A stretch of 28,023 nucleotides of DNA from Octopus sinensis (lineage: Eukaryota), in the NCBI RefSeq assembly GCF_006345805.1, contig NW_021827508.1, positions 1 to 28,023 on the forward strand, in the 5' to 3' direction. The position numbers were made by a program, and so were the translations under genes. Below are positions 10,290-24,397 of the stretch, in pieces. Every line of letters starts with the position of its first letter. The stretch's first letter is position 1. The notes below the pieces were generated by a model, which was not told where the DNA came from, did not search any database, and was given only the letters and a program-made list of their open reading frames with translations.

Positions 10290-10580
10290 TGCAAACACAC
10301 ACACACACACACACACACACCATGCAAACACACACACACACACACAACACATACAGACACACACACACACGCACACATGTATATATATTTTATAATTAGC
10401 AAGAGACAAATTTAACAAATTCATTAGTGAGGCGAAACCAAAAAGGAGCCCGTCTTTATGTATCGCCAGACCTACTAGAAATGACTGCCAAACCTTCCTC
10501 AAATCATTACAAACGGAAAAAAATACCCACGACGAGGACGACGACGACGACCATCATCACCACCACCACCACCACCACGA
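10290..10580. repeat. (CA)n and (ACG)/(ACC) microsatellites
   Basis: Arrays at about 10290-10380 and 10530-10580. Confidence 0.9.
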
Positions 10581-11797
10581 TGAGAACAACAGCAACATCG
10601 TCGACAACAACTTTACCAATAACAACAAGAACATTTTCGCTAAAATCACACAAAGACAGTTTTAAAATCTAAATATTTGAAAGCATTTTGTTGTAGAATT
10701 GTAATTGAGACAAACTAGTGACAACCAGACTGATTTGTTATAGATCTTATCTAGACGCTGAACCCTTAACATGAATGGTCAACACCTGTAAATACTAATT
10801 AATCAGGTAGGATCAGGTTATTTGTAGTTTGGGTCCTTCTGTCGGCTGCATCACACCTGAAATCTATCGAAATGTTTGGTAACACAAAGACATTCACGTA
10901 CATGAATTAAATAGACATACGCGATTCATTCAAGAGAAAGATAGAGAATTATTAATACTTATATGTTGAGAATATGACGAGTGTTTATCATTGTTAAAAA
11001 TCATTGTTAAAAATCAGCCGATATCCGATATCCATCACTCCTTATCAATGTTGTACAATTTATGGAAGTTTTTCTCTTTTATTTTTCTCTCCGGCCGTCG
11101 ATGTTTTCTGTTTATCGAAATATATCATATAACAGTTTAGGTAACACAAACTGATAATGTAAGATAATGTTGCGAAAAGGAAGTGGCGTACAGTTTTGAA
11201 ATAATGGAGTGGAGCAGTTTTGACAAGATGGTGCGGTGAGCAGAAAATGGCGACGGTGAGAGATAGAGGATTGAGAGAAAGAGGGCGAGGAAGATGAACG
11301 ATGGCAAGGAAGATGATGGAATCGAAACAAAAGAGTTGTTTTTTCCACAAAGGGAACAGAACAAGCACAACATTACAATGGGAGAACAACGTGATAAGAT
11401 AGACTGATATGGTATAATGTGATATCATAGGGCGATATGGTATAATGTGATTGGATGGCACGATAACAATATGGGAAGTTGCGGAAATGAAGATAATGAG
11501 AAAAGTTAGAGACGCAGGAGATAGATAAAGGGAGTAAATAGAGGATGGGAACATATGTTTGAAAAATATATAAAATGATAAATAAAACAGTTTTCATAGT
11601 TCTCTACAGAAAAATCATGATAATTATATAAATTCTAACACAAGTGCGTAACATCATCACATCCACAAATGTACATATACATAAAAAATGCACGCACGCA
11701 CACACACACACACACACACACACCACACACACACACACAGACACACAGACACAGACACACAGACACACACAGACACACACACACATATTCTTTGCTT

Positions 11798-12152
11798 CTT
11801 TTACTTGTTTCAGTCATTTGACTGTGGCCATGCTGGAGCACCACTTTTAGTTGAAGAAATCGACCCCAGGACTTATTCTTTGTAAGCCCAGTACTCATTC
11901 TATCGGTCTCTTTTTGTTGAACTGATATAAACACATCAACGTCGGTTGTCAAGCGATGGTGGGACGATAAACACCCCCCCACACACATATAAATATACAT
12001 ATATATATGTACGACGGGCTTCTTTCAGCTTCCGACTACCAAATCCACTCACAAGGCTATAGCAGAAAACACTTGCTCAAGGTGCAATGCAGTGGGACTG
12101 AACCTGGAACCATGCAGTTGGTAAGCAAGCTTCTTACCACGCAGCCACTCCT
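11798..12152 (-). mobile_element. SINE family B, full-length copy
   Basis: Complete head AGGAGTGGCTGCGTGGTAAGAAG...GGTTCAGTCCCACTGC, CORE-like CCTTGAGCAAGTGTTTT, short internal microsatellite, central domain and tail hairpin (11811-11824). Confidence 0.9.
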
Positions 12153-12217
12153 GCGCGTCTCTCAGTCTGTCTGTCTGTCTCTGTATATATATATGTATAT
12201 ATATATATATATATATA

Positions 12218-12379
12218 TTATAAATAAAATTAAGAGCTATGACCACTACAGTGGACATCCTATATGTTAAACATAGACGTCAAATCGCCAATACCACGAT
12301 GAATGTGTTCTCAAGAACGTCTATGTTTAGTATATAGGGTGTCCACTTTAGTGGTCATTCCTCTTAATTTTGTATGTAA
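12218..12379. mobile_element. Foldback/MITE-like palindromic element
   Basis: Arms of about 63 bp (12218-12280, 12317-12379) and a 36-bp spacer. The inner 42 bp have 4 mismatches and the innermost 13 bp (TAAACATAGACGT) are perfect. No TSD identified. Confidence 0.7.
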
Positions 12380-12560
12380 CACAATTTTTAATCTTCGGAT
12401 TTTTTAAATATGTTAAGCCACTGGTTTTAATTGATTAACAACAATTTCCACTCATATTATTTAAATTTATATATATATATATACATGTATAAAGGTACAA
12501 ATGGGTTAAAGTTCACTACAGCTGTTTCAGACACATTTTCTATATATGCTACAATGGGAG

Positions 12561-12596
<36 letters not shown>

Positions 12597-13240
12597 TACA
12601 TTCACACACATTGTGTGTGTGTGTGTGTCTGTAATGATTACATCGTAAAAAATCACTTTAGACAATTTAAACCGCAAGAAAACCGTTGCAGTCATTTTCT
12701 TAAGTTACTTAAAAGTGTTGTCTAAATAGGAAGTGTCACAAATAATTTCGTCGCACTTCGCACCATAAAAGACTTTTAAGAAATAAACAAAAATGAAGCT
12801 AATTGCTTTTGGCTTCTTTTAATTAGCCAAAATAACGTTTCCTCCATGTAAATGTTTCGGTTCTAACACACGATCTCAGGCCGATAATTTTTCTCTATCT
12901 TTCTGTCTGTCTGTCGACCTGTCTTTATGTCTGTCCGTTTGTCTGTCTGTCTGTATGTCCCCTGCGTTCGCGAATTCCTTTACCCCCTATTTACATACAC
13001 ACACACATGTATATATGATGCAAACAGGAAAAATAACTCAAAACATGAATATATATATATATATATTCAATAATGAGGTTGAATAAAATATAGAATTATT
13101 AATTCATAATACCCTTATTTTAACACTGAGCGACCCAGCAAATAAAACCGGGGATACAAATTCATATTTATCCGTAAATATAAGAGAGCCAACTTTGAAT
13201 ATGTTAACTCTAGTGCTAGAAATAGCTCCACCGGTAGTCT

Positions 13241-14787
<1,547 letters not shown>

Positions 14788-15134
14788 GCTAGCAACAGCA
14801 ACAACAGGAAACTTGGGTTTCCCGAATTTTACTGTTATTTTTCAGAAAGAACACACTGTTGGCTTTTGTTGACTTTCTTCTTTGACGTTTCTCGCTTCCC
14901 GAGAATCGCAATTGTGCGTCTTCTCAAAAGCCATTTTTGGACAGAATGACAGTTTCAAATGGAAACATTTACAAAAGTTAAGAATATTTCTAAATTTAAA
15001 GAAAGATTCGCTTCTGGCAAAGTTTTCTTTCAAGTACCTTTCCTTACATATACAAGCATACTTACACACACACACACACACACACACCACACACACACAC
15101 ACACACCACACAGACACAGACACACACAGACACA

Positions 15135-15188
<54 letters not shown>

Positions 15189-15496
15189 AATAGACATTCC
15201 CGCATACATAAACTCATAAGGAAACTCACAAACACACACGCTTCCACAGAGTTTGTATACATTGACACAAACACACAATTATACAAGTGTGTACCTATGC
15301 ACATATATATATATATAGATACATGCACGTATGTACACGCACACACACACACACAAATTGTTATCCGCATACATATACACAAATATACATTTCAGTTATA
15401 CATAGACAAAGACATATACACAAGCGCACGCATATATATATATATATATATATACGTGCGTGCGTGTATGTGTTTGTGTCTGTCTGTATTTGCATT

Positions 15497-15700
15497 CCAT
15501 CACAGCTTGACAACCGGTGTTGAAAATTTGCGTCTCTGTAACTTAGCGGTTCAGCAAAAGTGAACGATAAAATAAATATCAAGCTTTAAAAAGTACTGGG
15601 GTTGATTCGTTCGACTAAACCCCCCCCCCCCCCGAAAACCCCAACTTTTTTCAAGGCGGGACTCCAACATGGCCTGAACCAAATAAATGATGAAAAATAA
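15497..15700 (+). mobile_element. SINE family B, diverged 3' half
   Basis: GCTTGACAACCGGTG...TGTAACTTAGCGGTTCAGCAAAAG...CTGGGGTTGATTCGTTCGACT...CTCCAACATGGCC; contains a poly-C insertion. Confidence 0.75.
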
Positions 15701-16227
15701 AACACACACACACACACATGTAATCACTTTCACACACATATACACATATACATATACAAACTCACAAAGTGAAAAACACGTACCTCCAGTCACGTCCCAA
15801 CAGACCCAAACATAAACCTGTACGCATGCGCGCACGCAAAACAAACAAAATCCTATTCAAACACACACAAAAAGACAAACACACATAGACTTACATTGAA
15901 ATACACACACATCTAAACACACACGTACACATACTCACGTAAATCCGTATTCGCACAGGAAACCCCTGTCAGAACATATATCACTCGTGGTCCAACGTGA
16001 CAACTTCTAGGTGGTTATTTGGCTTGCTAGAAATAACAACAAATTTTCCAGGCATGTTTTAAAAGATTGAAGTTTCAGGTTGGACTTATTTGATCTCAGG
16101 TCTGCTGGATTAGGATTAAGCAACAATGCATGTCAGTAATCTGTTTTGATGGTCAAGGATCGAGAGGAGCAGCTGGTACGGCAAACACACAGGCGTTATT
16201 GTGTTTGTTTTTCTAAACATTCTTACC

Positions 16228-16345
16228 AATAATATTGGTTTCAGATTTTAACACAAGTTCAGCAAGTTCAGCAGAGGGGTTAAGTCGATTACAACGACCC
16301 CCAGTGCATCATTGGTACTCATTTTATTGCCCCCTAAAGGAAGTT
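16228..16345 (-). mobile_element. SINE family A, 3' fragment
   Basis: Reverse complement matches the central domain and tail (TTGTGTTAAAATCTGAAACCAATATT) of 1390-1605. Confidence 0.7.
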
Positions 16346-16437
16346 TCCTGACATTACAGAAAGCGTCACATATGTATCTATATACATTATATGTATGCAT
16401 GCGCGCGTGTGTGTGTATATATATATATATATATAGT

Positions 16438-16547
16438 GAGAATTTACAAAAAAACAAAACAAAAACAAAAGACGAAGACGGGTGTGTGTAAACAACAAAC
16501 AGATGTATTAGTTTAACGCTCGGGAAGTGAGAAAGTCTTTTACGTTT
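16438..16547 (-). repeat. Dispersed repeat (family C), truncated inverted copy of 24301-24397
   Basis: Reverse complement AAACGTAAAAGACTTTCTCACTTCCCGAGCG...GTCTTCGTCTTTTG...GTAAATTCTC matches 24301-24396. Confidence 0.85.
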
Positions 16548-16829
16548 TACCGTACTTGCATGTAGACATGTATGTGCGTACGTATGTATATCTCCCCCTT
16601 TTTATTATTTGTATCCCTCGTGTAATTTCAATACGGGAACTTGGTAAAAAGAGCAAATGTAGAAATGTAGAAAAATCTTGAATATCTTTATTGTTCTGCT
16701 TACGTACACTATTTCTAGAGCAGATAATTTCTGATTACTTTTTTTTTTAAACCTAAAAATCATAGATATGAGAGATAGACGCATAAATACTTACTTTAAA
16801 GTGCTGGAAAGAACATATAGTGGAATTTA

Positions 16830-18130
16830 AATATTCTAACAGCTACGGAAATAGATCAGTCTTAGTTGCATGTGAATCGATATTCCACTGCTCCCTTTAT
16901 GAATTAGGGTTCTCGTTTTGGAAATAGTTCTTTATCATTATAACCAGTAGAAGTATGTAGAGACAAATACAGATAATTTAAGAGACATTCAAAACAGAAT
17001 TTGTACCAGAAGGATTACGATCGTGCTACGTAGCAACTACTTTTTTGATAACCGATACTACCTTCATATATAATTGGCCACAATGGGTAGTAAAGTAGCA
17101 CCAACCTTTGCAACTTTAGTGATACCATTGTTTGGAGATAAAATATCAATGTCCGATCTGGAATTACTGTTGATTAATATTTTAAATCCTATTTAAAAGA
17201 AAACTAGAAAAGATTCTTGGATGGCTGTTTCATATTTTGGAACAGAAGTAAGGAAGACCTTGCAAGATTCCTGGAGTTTATAAGTAGTACTCATGAATCG
17301 ATTCATATTTTGGCGATTAAGGAAAATAAGACTGTTATAACCGATCTCTATTGCAAAGACAGCCACACATCTATACTTGGATTTTAGATCTGGCCATTCT
17401 TCTCATATTAAACAAGAATGCCCCATTTAATATGACAAATCATGTATGTTCAAAAGTTATGAACCCAAGTAAATGAGAAAGACGACTAGCAGAACGAAAA
17501 GTATTTCTTCAGAAACCCAAATATCCATAAAATTAGTAAATCATGCTATAACCAAGACACAAGAGAGTTCAGTCTCTGACTCTCACATTGAGGGTGGAGA
17601 CAAAAATCGTAAATATTCTATTAGTAATAACCAACAATCTCAGAAATCACAACATCATACATTCGACTAAACAATACTTTCCAATTCCACATCAACCATC
17701 AAATTTTAAAAGAAAAAATTTAAAAAGTCGCAACAGTTGAATACAACTACTAAATCGTTCAAGTTGAAATTCACATCGGACAAAGGGAAAAATGCAAGCT
17801 GTGGAAATCCATCGTGTGAATCGATTGAGCTGGGTAAAACAAACGAACAAAACAAAAAGCAACAAAAAGGAACCAAAAGAAATTAAAAAAAACAATCGAG
17901 AATGGGAGAGAATTAAAGTTTACTGCAAATATGAATTGCAAAACAAAAGTGTGTCATTTATTGCATCATATGTCTAGAATGCAATAAGAGTTATGGCAGT
18001 CAAAGAGGATCAATGTTAATGCATCGGGTTAGAAGATGACAAAAGAGCTTGAAATGCGTTTGTCAGTCCACGGGAAGCGATTAGAAATGGCTGCTGATGT
18101 TTAAGCGCAAGTTACTTGGATATTTTCAAT
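16830..18130 (+). pseudogene. Degenerate Penelope-like element ORF: RT, Cys-linker, GIY-YIG (Neptune/Naiad-type layout)
   Basis: RT: FDNRYYLHI*LATMGSKVAPTFATLV; *KRFLDGCFIFWNRSKEDL (decayed YxDD); TDLYCK/THLYLDFRSGH. Linker: KFTS...CGNPSC. EN: ANMNCKTK/VIYCIICLECNKSYG...RVR (17925-18035). Many stops, frameshifts and an internal deletion. Confidence 0.8.
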
Positions 18131-18235
18131 TTCTTATCAGAATTTCATTACTCGTACCTACCAATACGTACACCAATACACATAGAAAGATAAAACCTCT
18201 CTTATATATAAACACAGAAAAAATCACACACGTTT

Positions 18236-18326
18236 ATATACATACATACATACATACATACATACATACATACATACATACATACATGCATATACACATT
18301 GATAGTACATACATACATATGTATTG

Positions 18327-18403
<77 letters not shown>

Positions 18404-18439
18404 CTTTCTGTGTGTATGTGTGTGTGTGTATATATATAT

Positions 18440-18475
<36 letters not shown>

Positions 18476-18721
18476 TGAGAGGGAGTGAGAGAGAGTGAGA
18501 GAGAGAGAGGGAGAGATGAGAGAGGTGGATTGATATAGTTATATTCACATAAACACCAATTTGTCATCCCATTCTATTTCCTTCTCTCCACCACACGCAC
18601 ACACAGACAGAGATATACCCGGGCCGTGCGCTTATGTATTCGACAGCGGGTGAGGGAAAACATGTGTGCGTGTATGTATGTATATATACATACATACATA
18701 CATACATATATATGTAGTATA

Positions 18722-18791
<70 letters not shown>

Positions 18792-19088
18792 TATATATAA
18801 GAATAACTCGCATTATACATACCTATGCAATCTAATTGTAAAATATTTTCCAAATATGGTAAAACTGTTTTGGGCGTCGTTATAATCATCCTTATCTCGT
18901 TATAATTTCCTAAGTAAAACACAACCATTGGCCACCATTTCCCGCCTCCTCAACCTCATATTTTTTTTCAATTCTTTGAAAGATATTTTATACAAGACCA
19001 TGTTGCTGTCTTATTAACAAAAAAAATATTTCCCTTTCATACATTTCCCATGCGCATTTAGTTCCCTTTACACATTCATTCCCTATTA

Positions 19089-19171
<83 letters not shown>

Positions 19172-19447
19172 TATTATTATTAGCTTCCAAATGAAATTTC
19201 ATTCCTAAAAATATCGCATTGACGCAGTTCTTTTATTTTGTTATCGAAGTATGAAAAATGCATAATCCCTCACAAGACATATTGTTTTTAAACACTTCCA
19301 TCTTCATATCTCGCCAACCATTTTCTACAGAATTATTTCGATTCCTCGCCGTTGTTTCACTGGTTTCCACTAAAATATTTAACGTTTAATTATTCATGGA
19401 TTCTTTATTTCACTCACTTCTCCGTTCTACAATTATTTCTTTCTCTA

Positions 19448-19539
<92 letters not shown>

Positions 19540-19581
19540 AATTTTGTATGTCTCCATATATATATGTATATACATATATGT

Positions 19582-19621
<40 letters not shown>

Positions 19622-19837
19622 TATATATATATCTATATACTATATGTATATATATATATACATATATGTTTATATATGTTTATATATGGATATATATATA
19701 TATTATATATATATATATACATACCAATTTATCTATCTAAATCTTTTTCTTTGTGTGTGTATATATATATATACGTATATATATATATAGATATATACAT
19801 ATATATATTAAATATATTTTAACTATGTTGAATGCAT

Positions 19838-19881
<44 letters not shown>

Positions 19882-20490
19882 ACATATATACATATATATT
19901 ATAACACACATATCATATATATATGTATGTATATATATGTATACACACCAACCCAGCCAGTCTCTCAATCTATATTTCTTTTATTTATTTATTTATTTAT
20001 TTATTCTTCCCTTTTAGACATTTCTTTTGCTTCCAAAAGCATGAATAAGAATCATTTATTCAAAATTACCATATTACATATTGTGCAAAATGAAAAAGAG
20101 ATAAAAAATATGCTCAAAAGATCGATTCTTCACTGATCTATACTGTTTTCAAATATTCTCAGTTGTAGTGTAAAAATGGTAAAGTGAAAGATAAATCAAC
20201 TGGCATCCGTTCCTTTTTTTCATCATCATCATCATCATGGTCGTCATCATGGTCGTCATCTCCTTAACCACCACAACCCACATCACGACCACCTCTTATC
20301 ATCGTCATCGTCGATGTTGCTGTTGTTGTTGTTCCTCGTTTCCACCCAGGAGTGAACTTAACATTATACTCATCCTGTTACAGTCTGTGGAATACCACGT
20401 GCAATATTTTTCCAGTTCAGTGACTGTGTCCTTTTCAAGAAAACGACTTTATGTATCTTATCAGATGGGAACAGTCCATTAGTCAGAAAA

Positions 20491-20569
<79 letters not shown>

Positions 20570-20580
20570 AAAAGAGAGAT
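18236..20580. repeat. Microsatellite-dense block: (TACA)n, (TATC)n, (GA)n, (TA)n, (TTA)n
   Basis: Arrays at about 18236-18520, 18680-18800, 19085-19183, 19446-19945 and 20491-20580. Confidence 0.9.
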
Positions 20581-20769
20581 ATGCAAGGAGAAAGGCACAG
20601 AGAGAGGGAGAGAGAGTAAAGGTAGGATGAAGCGAGAAAAACATGAACAACAGTATTATTAATACCAACTTCAATGGTGAAAGATAACTGTTAGAAGTTT
20701 TTCATACATGCATATATGTATATGTGTGTGCATATACACACACACACTATATATATATATACATACACA

Positions 20770-20800
<31 letters not shown>

Positions 20801-20803
<3 letters not shown>

Positions 20804-20993
20804 ATAGAAATGGTAAGACAAGAAAAGAATGAAAGAGAACTCGATATTATGAAAATAGAGGAATTTATCTGTAAATATAATATGTGACAGTTATTCGGCA
20901 GCCATGATAAAACTCCGAGTTTCTGATGTCGGGGCGGAAATCTGCCTCGGCATCTCTTCAGTTATCGGGCTATCAAAAAATGCTATGAAAGTG
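20801..20993 (-). repeat. Dispersed hammerhead-bearing repeat (family H-B), left copy
   Basis: 20866-20990 is the reverse complement of 21507-21633 (about 11 mismatches and one 2-nt indel). Ends in a (TA)n tract. Confidence 0.85.
20899..20972 (-). ncRNA. Type I hammerhead ribozyme-like motif B1
   Basis: Stem I UAGCC-C-GAUAA / UUAUC-AU-GGCUG, CUGAAGA (20961-20955), 14-position stem II (11 paired), one extra nt, GAAA, stem III ACUC-G-GAGU, triplet GUU. Confidence 0.65.
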
Positions 20994-21106
20994 ATCGTTA
21001 AACAAAGGGAAATTACTGTGTGATTGGCCGTTATTAAGACAAAAGAGCTATTAGAATGACCACTAAGTAAGGTAAGGGAGTAAACAGGTTCACAGCAATC
21101 GCGTAA

Positions 21107-21440
21107 GCGCGCATGTCCATACATACACACGCGCGCCCGCACACCCACGCACATGCGCCTATATGTATATACTCATCCACCCTCACTTGAAACGCACAAA
21201 AAAAAGTTCATACACACGTCTATATACGCACATGCACAAGAAAAAACAGGGCGAAAGGCAAAATACAGAAAAATGTCTAAAAAAGTGTAAAAAATAAGCA
21301 ATAAGAGTAAAATGTAAAGGTGTAAATATGCTCATGGCGAATGCGTATGCGTGCATGTCCATACATACACATGCGCGCACGCACACCCACATACTTGTGT
21401 CTATGTGCATATGCTCATCCACACACACTTGAAACACACA
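21107..21440. repeat. Direct repeat of a ~92-bp unit (21107-21198 and 21349-21440)
   Basis: GCATGTCCATACATACAC...CTCATCCAC...CACTTGAAAC occurs twice, 242 bp apart. Confidence 0.85.
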
Positions 21441-21526
21441 CATACGCACCCGCACATTCGCTAAAAATAATTTGTACATACGCACACACGCTCACACACA
21501 TACTATTTTCATAGCATTCTTTTTGA

Positions 21527-21600
21527 TAGCCCGATAACTGAAGAGATGCCGGCGTGGGTTTCCGCTCCGACATCCGAAACTCGGAGTTTTATCATGGCTA
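21527..21600 (+). ncRNA. Type I hammerhead ribozyme-like motif B2
   Basis: Stem I UAGCC-C-GAUAA / UUAUC-AU-GGCUA, CUGAAGA (21538-21544), stem II 21545-21574 (12 of 14 paired including G-U), extra C, GAAA (21576-21579), ACUC-G-GAGU, GUU; predicted cut after 21588. Confidence 0.68.
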
Positions 21601-21671
21601 CCGAATAATTATCACAAATTATATTTACAGATATATATATATATATATATCTATATATATATATATATATA

Positions 21672-21851
21672 CTTTTACTTGTTTCAGTCATTGACTGCAG
21701 CTATGCTGGAGCACCGCCTTTACTCGATTCCAGGACTTATTCTTTGTAAGCTTAGTACTTATTCTATCGGTCTCTTTTGCCGAACCGCTAAGTTGCTGGT
21801 ACGTAAACACACCAACATCGGTTGTCAAGTGATGTTGTGGGGACAAACACA
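21672..21851 (-). mobile_element. SINE family B, 5'-truncated copy
   Basis: Central domain plus tail hairpin CAGTC-ATT-GACTG (21685-21697); head absent. Confidence 0.85.
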
Positions 21852-22001
21852 AAACTGTCCGACGAACGGGAACGTGAAACTCTGAGTAGCATTTTTTGTT
21901 ATATTTCTGCTGCTTTTAAATAAAGTATATATATATATAACATCTTTTATATATATATCTTTTATATATATACATATCTTTCATATATATATATTGCGTA
22001 T

Positions 22002-22050
<49 letters not shown>

Positions 22051-22565
22051 AAGGCATTCAAACACCAAGATTTTATATATATATATATGAGGAAATTAAG
22101 ACAAGGTAGAAAATGCCAAAATAATTTTATCATGAAGAACATTTTAGAACCGGTGCTAAAATGTACTTATTTCATGATAAAACTATATTATCATTTCCTA
22201 CCTTGTCTTAATTTCCTTATACATATCAACTCATGTGTTCCCTTTCAACATTCTACATAATTAATGAGAGGAAACAAGCAAAAGATAAAAGATATGTATG
22301 CATACATGTACACACACACACACACACATATATATATGTATATAGACACACACACATACATCATATACGTAACAGATATTGCACACACACACACACATAC
22401 ACACATAATGATTAAGCGCAATAGTTGAAGATTAAAGAGGAAAAATTAATTAGAAAATGCGTTCTTGGTGTGTTACATAAGAGATAATTCAAGTTGAGGT
22501 TGAAGAGTCCGTTAGAAGAGAACGCAGACGTTAATCTTAGATTTAAGTAAGTTCTTTATACAGTA

Positions 22566-22963
22566 CTAGCAGTATCGCCCGGCGTTGCTCGGGTTTGTAA
22601 AGGAAAAAACTATATAAGCATTTTTAGAGAGATATAGCCAAACAATAGCAAAAAAATGCATCAAAAATGGAAAAAAAATCACGGTGAATTTTTAAAAAAA
22701 TCGTTGACTCATCGTAGATATTTTTAGAGAGTTACTTCCCTTATATAATAGCGAAAAAATGCATTAAAATGGAAAAAAATGATGGTAAATTTTTTTTTAA
22801 ATCGTAGACTCATCGTAGACGCGCGCTAATACCCAGAAGGGCTCGATATGAATCACGACTATAAGATACCCGGTTTTGGTTAAACTACACCGCAAAATGT
22901 GGGAGTAGTTAGGAATCTAAATCGTAGGAGACAGACACACAACTTGACTTTTATATATAAAGA
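22566..22963 (-). mobile_element. Complete non-autonomous Helitron (398 bp)
   Basis: A|TCTTTATATATAAAAG 5' end, subterminal hairpin CCCGAGCAACGCCGGG and CTAG|T 3' end, no TSD. Internal ~100-bp tandem duplication (22621-22718 / 22721-22819). Confidence 0.9.
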
Positions 22964-23184
22964 TTTTTATGTGGAAAATTGAAGAATGCTTTATAAAATG
23001 TGAACAATGGCTTAATAAATTTTTTATGCATATTAATTAAGTTGGATTTGCAATTGAGAATTTCCAGCTCCTCCATCGAACACAAATCACAGCTGCTACT
23101 GCCAGCTCTATAAGGAAGTGCACTCTCACGAAACAGAATAAGCCATTACTATTTTTAAATCTCACAACGAGAGATATTCAGCAA

Positions 23185-23500
23185 CAGTAATTTGGAGTAA
23201 AGATTGTTTGCCAACGTAACATGGAAGTTCTGGTTTAGGACGAATGTTGCTGTAATTTAGCCCCAGGAGACATCGTCTCCAGCTGGCTATGTGAAGGGAA
23301 ATAACCCGGAAATCGCGATTCACAGATATTGTTTTGAGCTGAGTGGGGATACTAGATCCCCTTGTTCGAAAATATAAAGACACAGATCATGTCGTATAGC
23401 CAGCTGGAGACAATGTCTCCTGGGGCTAAATTACAACAACATTCTTCCTAAACCACGACTGCCATGTTATGTTGGCAAAAATCTTTATTCCATATCACTC
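23185..23500. mobile_element. MITE-like element with ~105-bp inverted repeats
   Basis: Arms 23185-23290 and 23396-23500 (about 11 mismatches and 1 indel) with a 105-bp spacer. Each arm holds GGAGAC-N3-GTCTCC and CCAGCTGG palindromes. No TSD seen. Confidence 0.8.
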
Positions 23501-23739
23501 CCTTTGAGGTTCTCGATGAACTTGGCCAACGAAATGCAGTTTTCTGTTCTTTTGTGCACTCTGCCCGTCTCCTATTGTACAAGTATTATTCCCTGACGGT
23601 AGCTCAATCTTACATCACAATAATGTGTCGATTCACAAAGCTAATGTTATTCAAAATTAATACGAAGATCTAAAAAAATGAAGTAGACCAATTTGGATTA
23701 CCCCCACCTCTTCGTCCACCGCAATCTCGGATCGCAGTA

Positions 23740-23902
23740 TAATCTGAACAATGCAATTCAACACAGTCACTAAAAGAGCTAAGCTGCTTTTACTTGAAAA
23801 TGTCTCAAAGTTTCTCTAACAACCATTCAAAAGCCGTGCAAGTCAATTTCTCGACGTTTTAAAGCTGTGGTTGATACCAAAAGTGGACCGATTCCGGAAT
23901 AA
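23740..23902 (+). pseudogene. Possible Tc1/mariner transposase C-terminal remnant
   Basis: TIQKPCKSISRRFKAVVDTKSGPIPE* (23822-23902) resembles the IxKAC..F..RLxAV..AxGGxIE C-terminus; upstream NSTQSLKE lies in another frame. Confidence 0.4.
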
Positions 23903-24144
23903 GTCATAAAACTTCCATTTAGCAAGTTGTATCCATTATCTTGTCGACCCCTTTATATTATTTGATGCACTCTTAATGAAATAATCGTTATTGATTGGGT
24001 TAGATTTATTGGATTCCAACGGCATCGGACTCTACATCACTCTTCTTTGTTTTGTTCTGGTTTACTATATACTGTGTAACCTGATCCATTAAAGGAGGTA
24101 TTTTGAGTACCACCGGATTAGATAAATCAATATATTGTGCATTA

Positions 24145-24202
<58 letters not shown>

Positions 24203-24239
24203 AACGCAAACATATATTCGCTATGATTGATCGCTAAAC

Positions 24240-24397
24240 CTTTTTTATTTTCTCTCCCTGTTTATTTCTGTGTCCCTTCCTGTTGAAGAACGTAGGCTCG
24301 AAACGTCAAAGACTTTCTCACTTCCCGAGCGGCATTAAATACATATGTTTGTTGTTTACACACCCGTCTTCGTCTTTTGTTTTTTGGTAAATTCTCA
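24240..24397 (+). repeat. Dispersed repeat family C with degenerate hammerhead-like motif
   Basis: CTGTTGA-A-GAAC-GTAG-GCTC-GAAA-CG-TC at 24280-24307, with the core A changed to U and one stem II mismatch. The rest matches 16438-16547. Confidence 0.6.

Noticed and set aside
17790-18040. Selenocysteine (UGA) recoding as in some Naiad PLEs
   Set aside because: The Cys positions visible here are TGT/TGC, and the TGA stops do not fall at Cys-equivalent sites.
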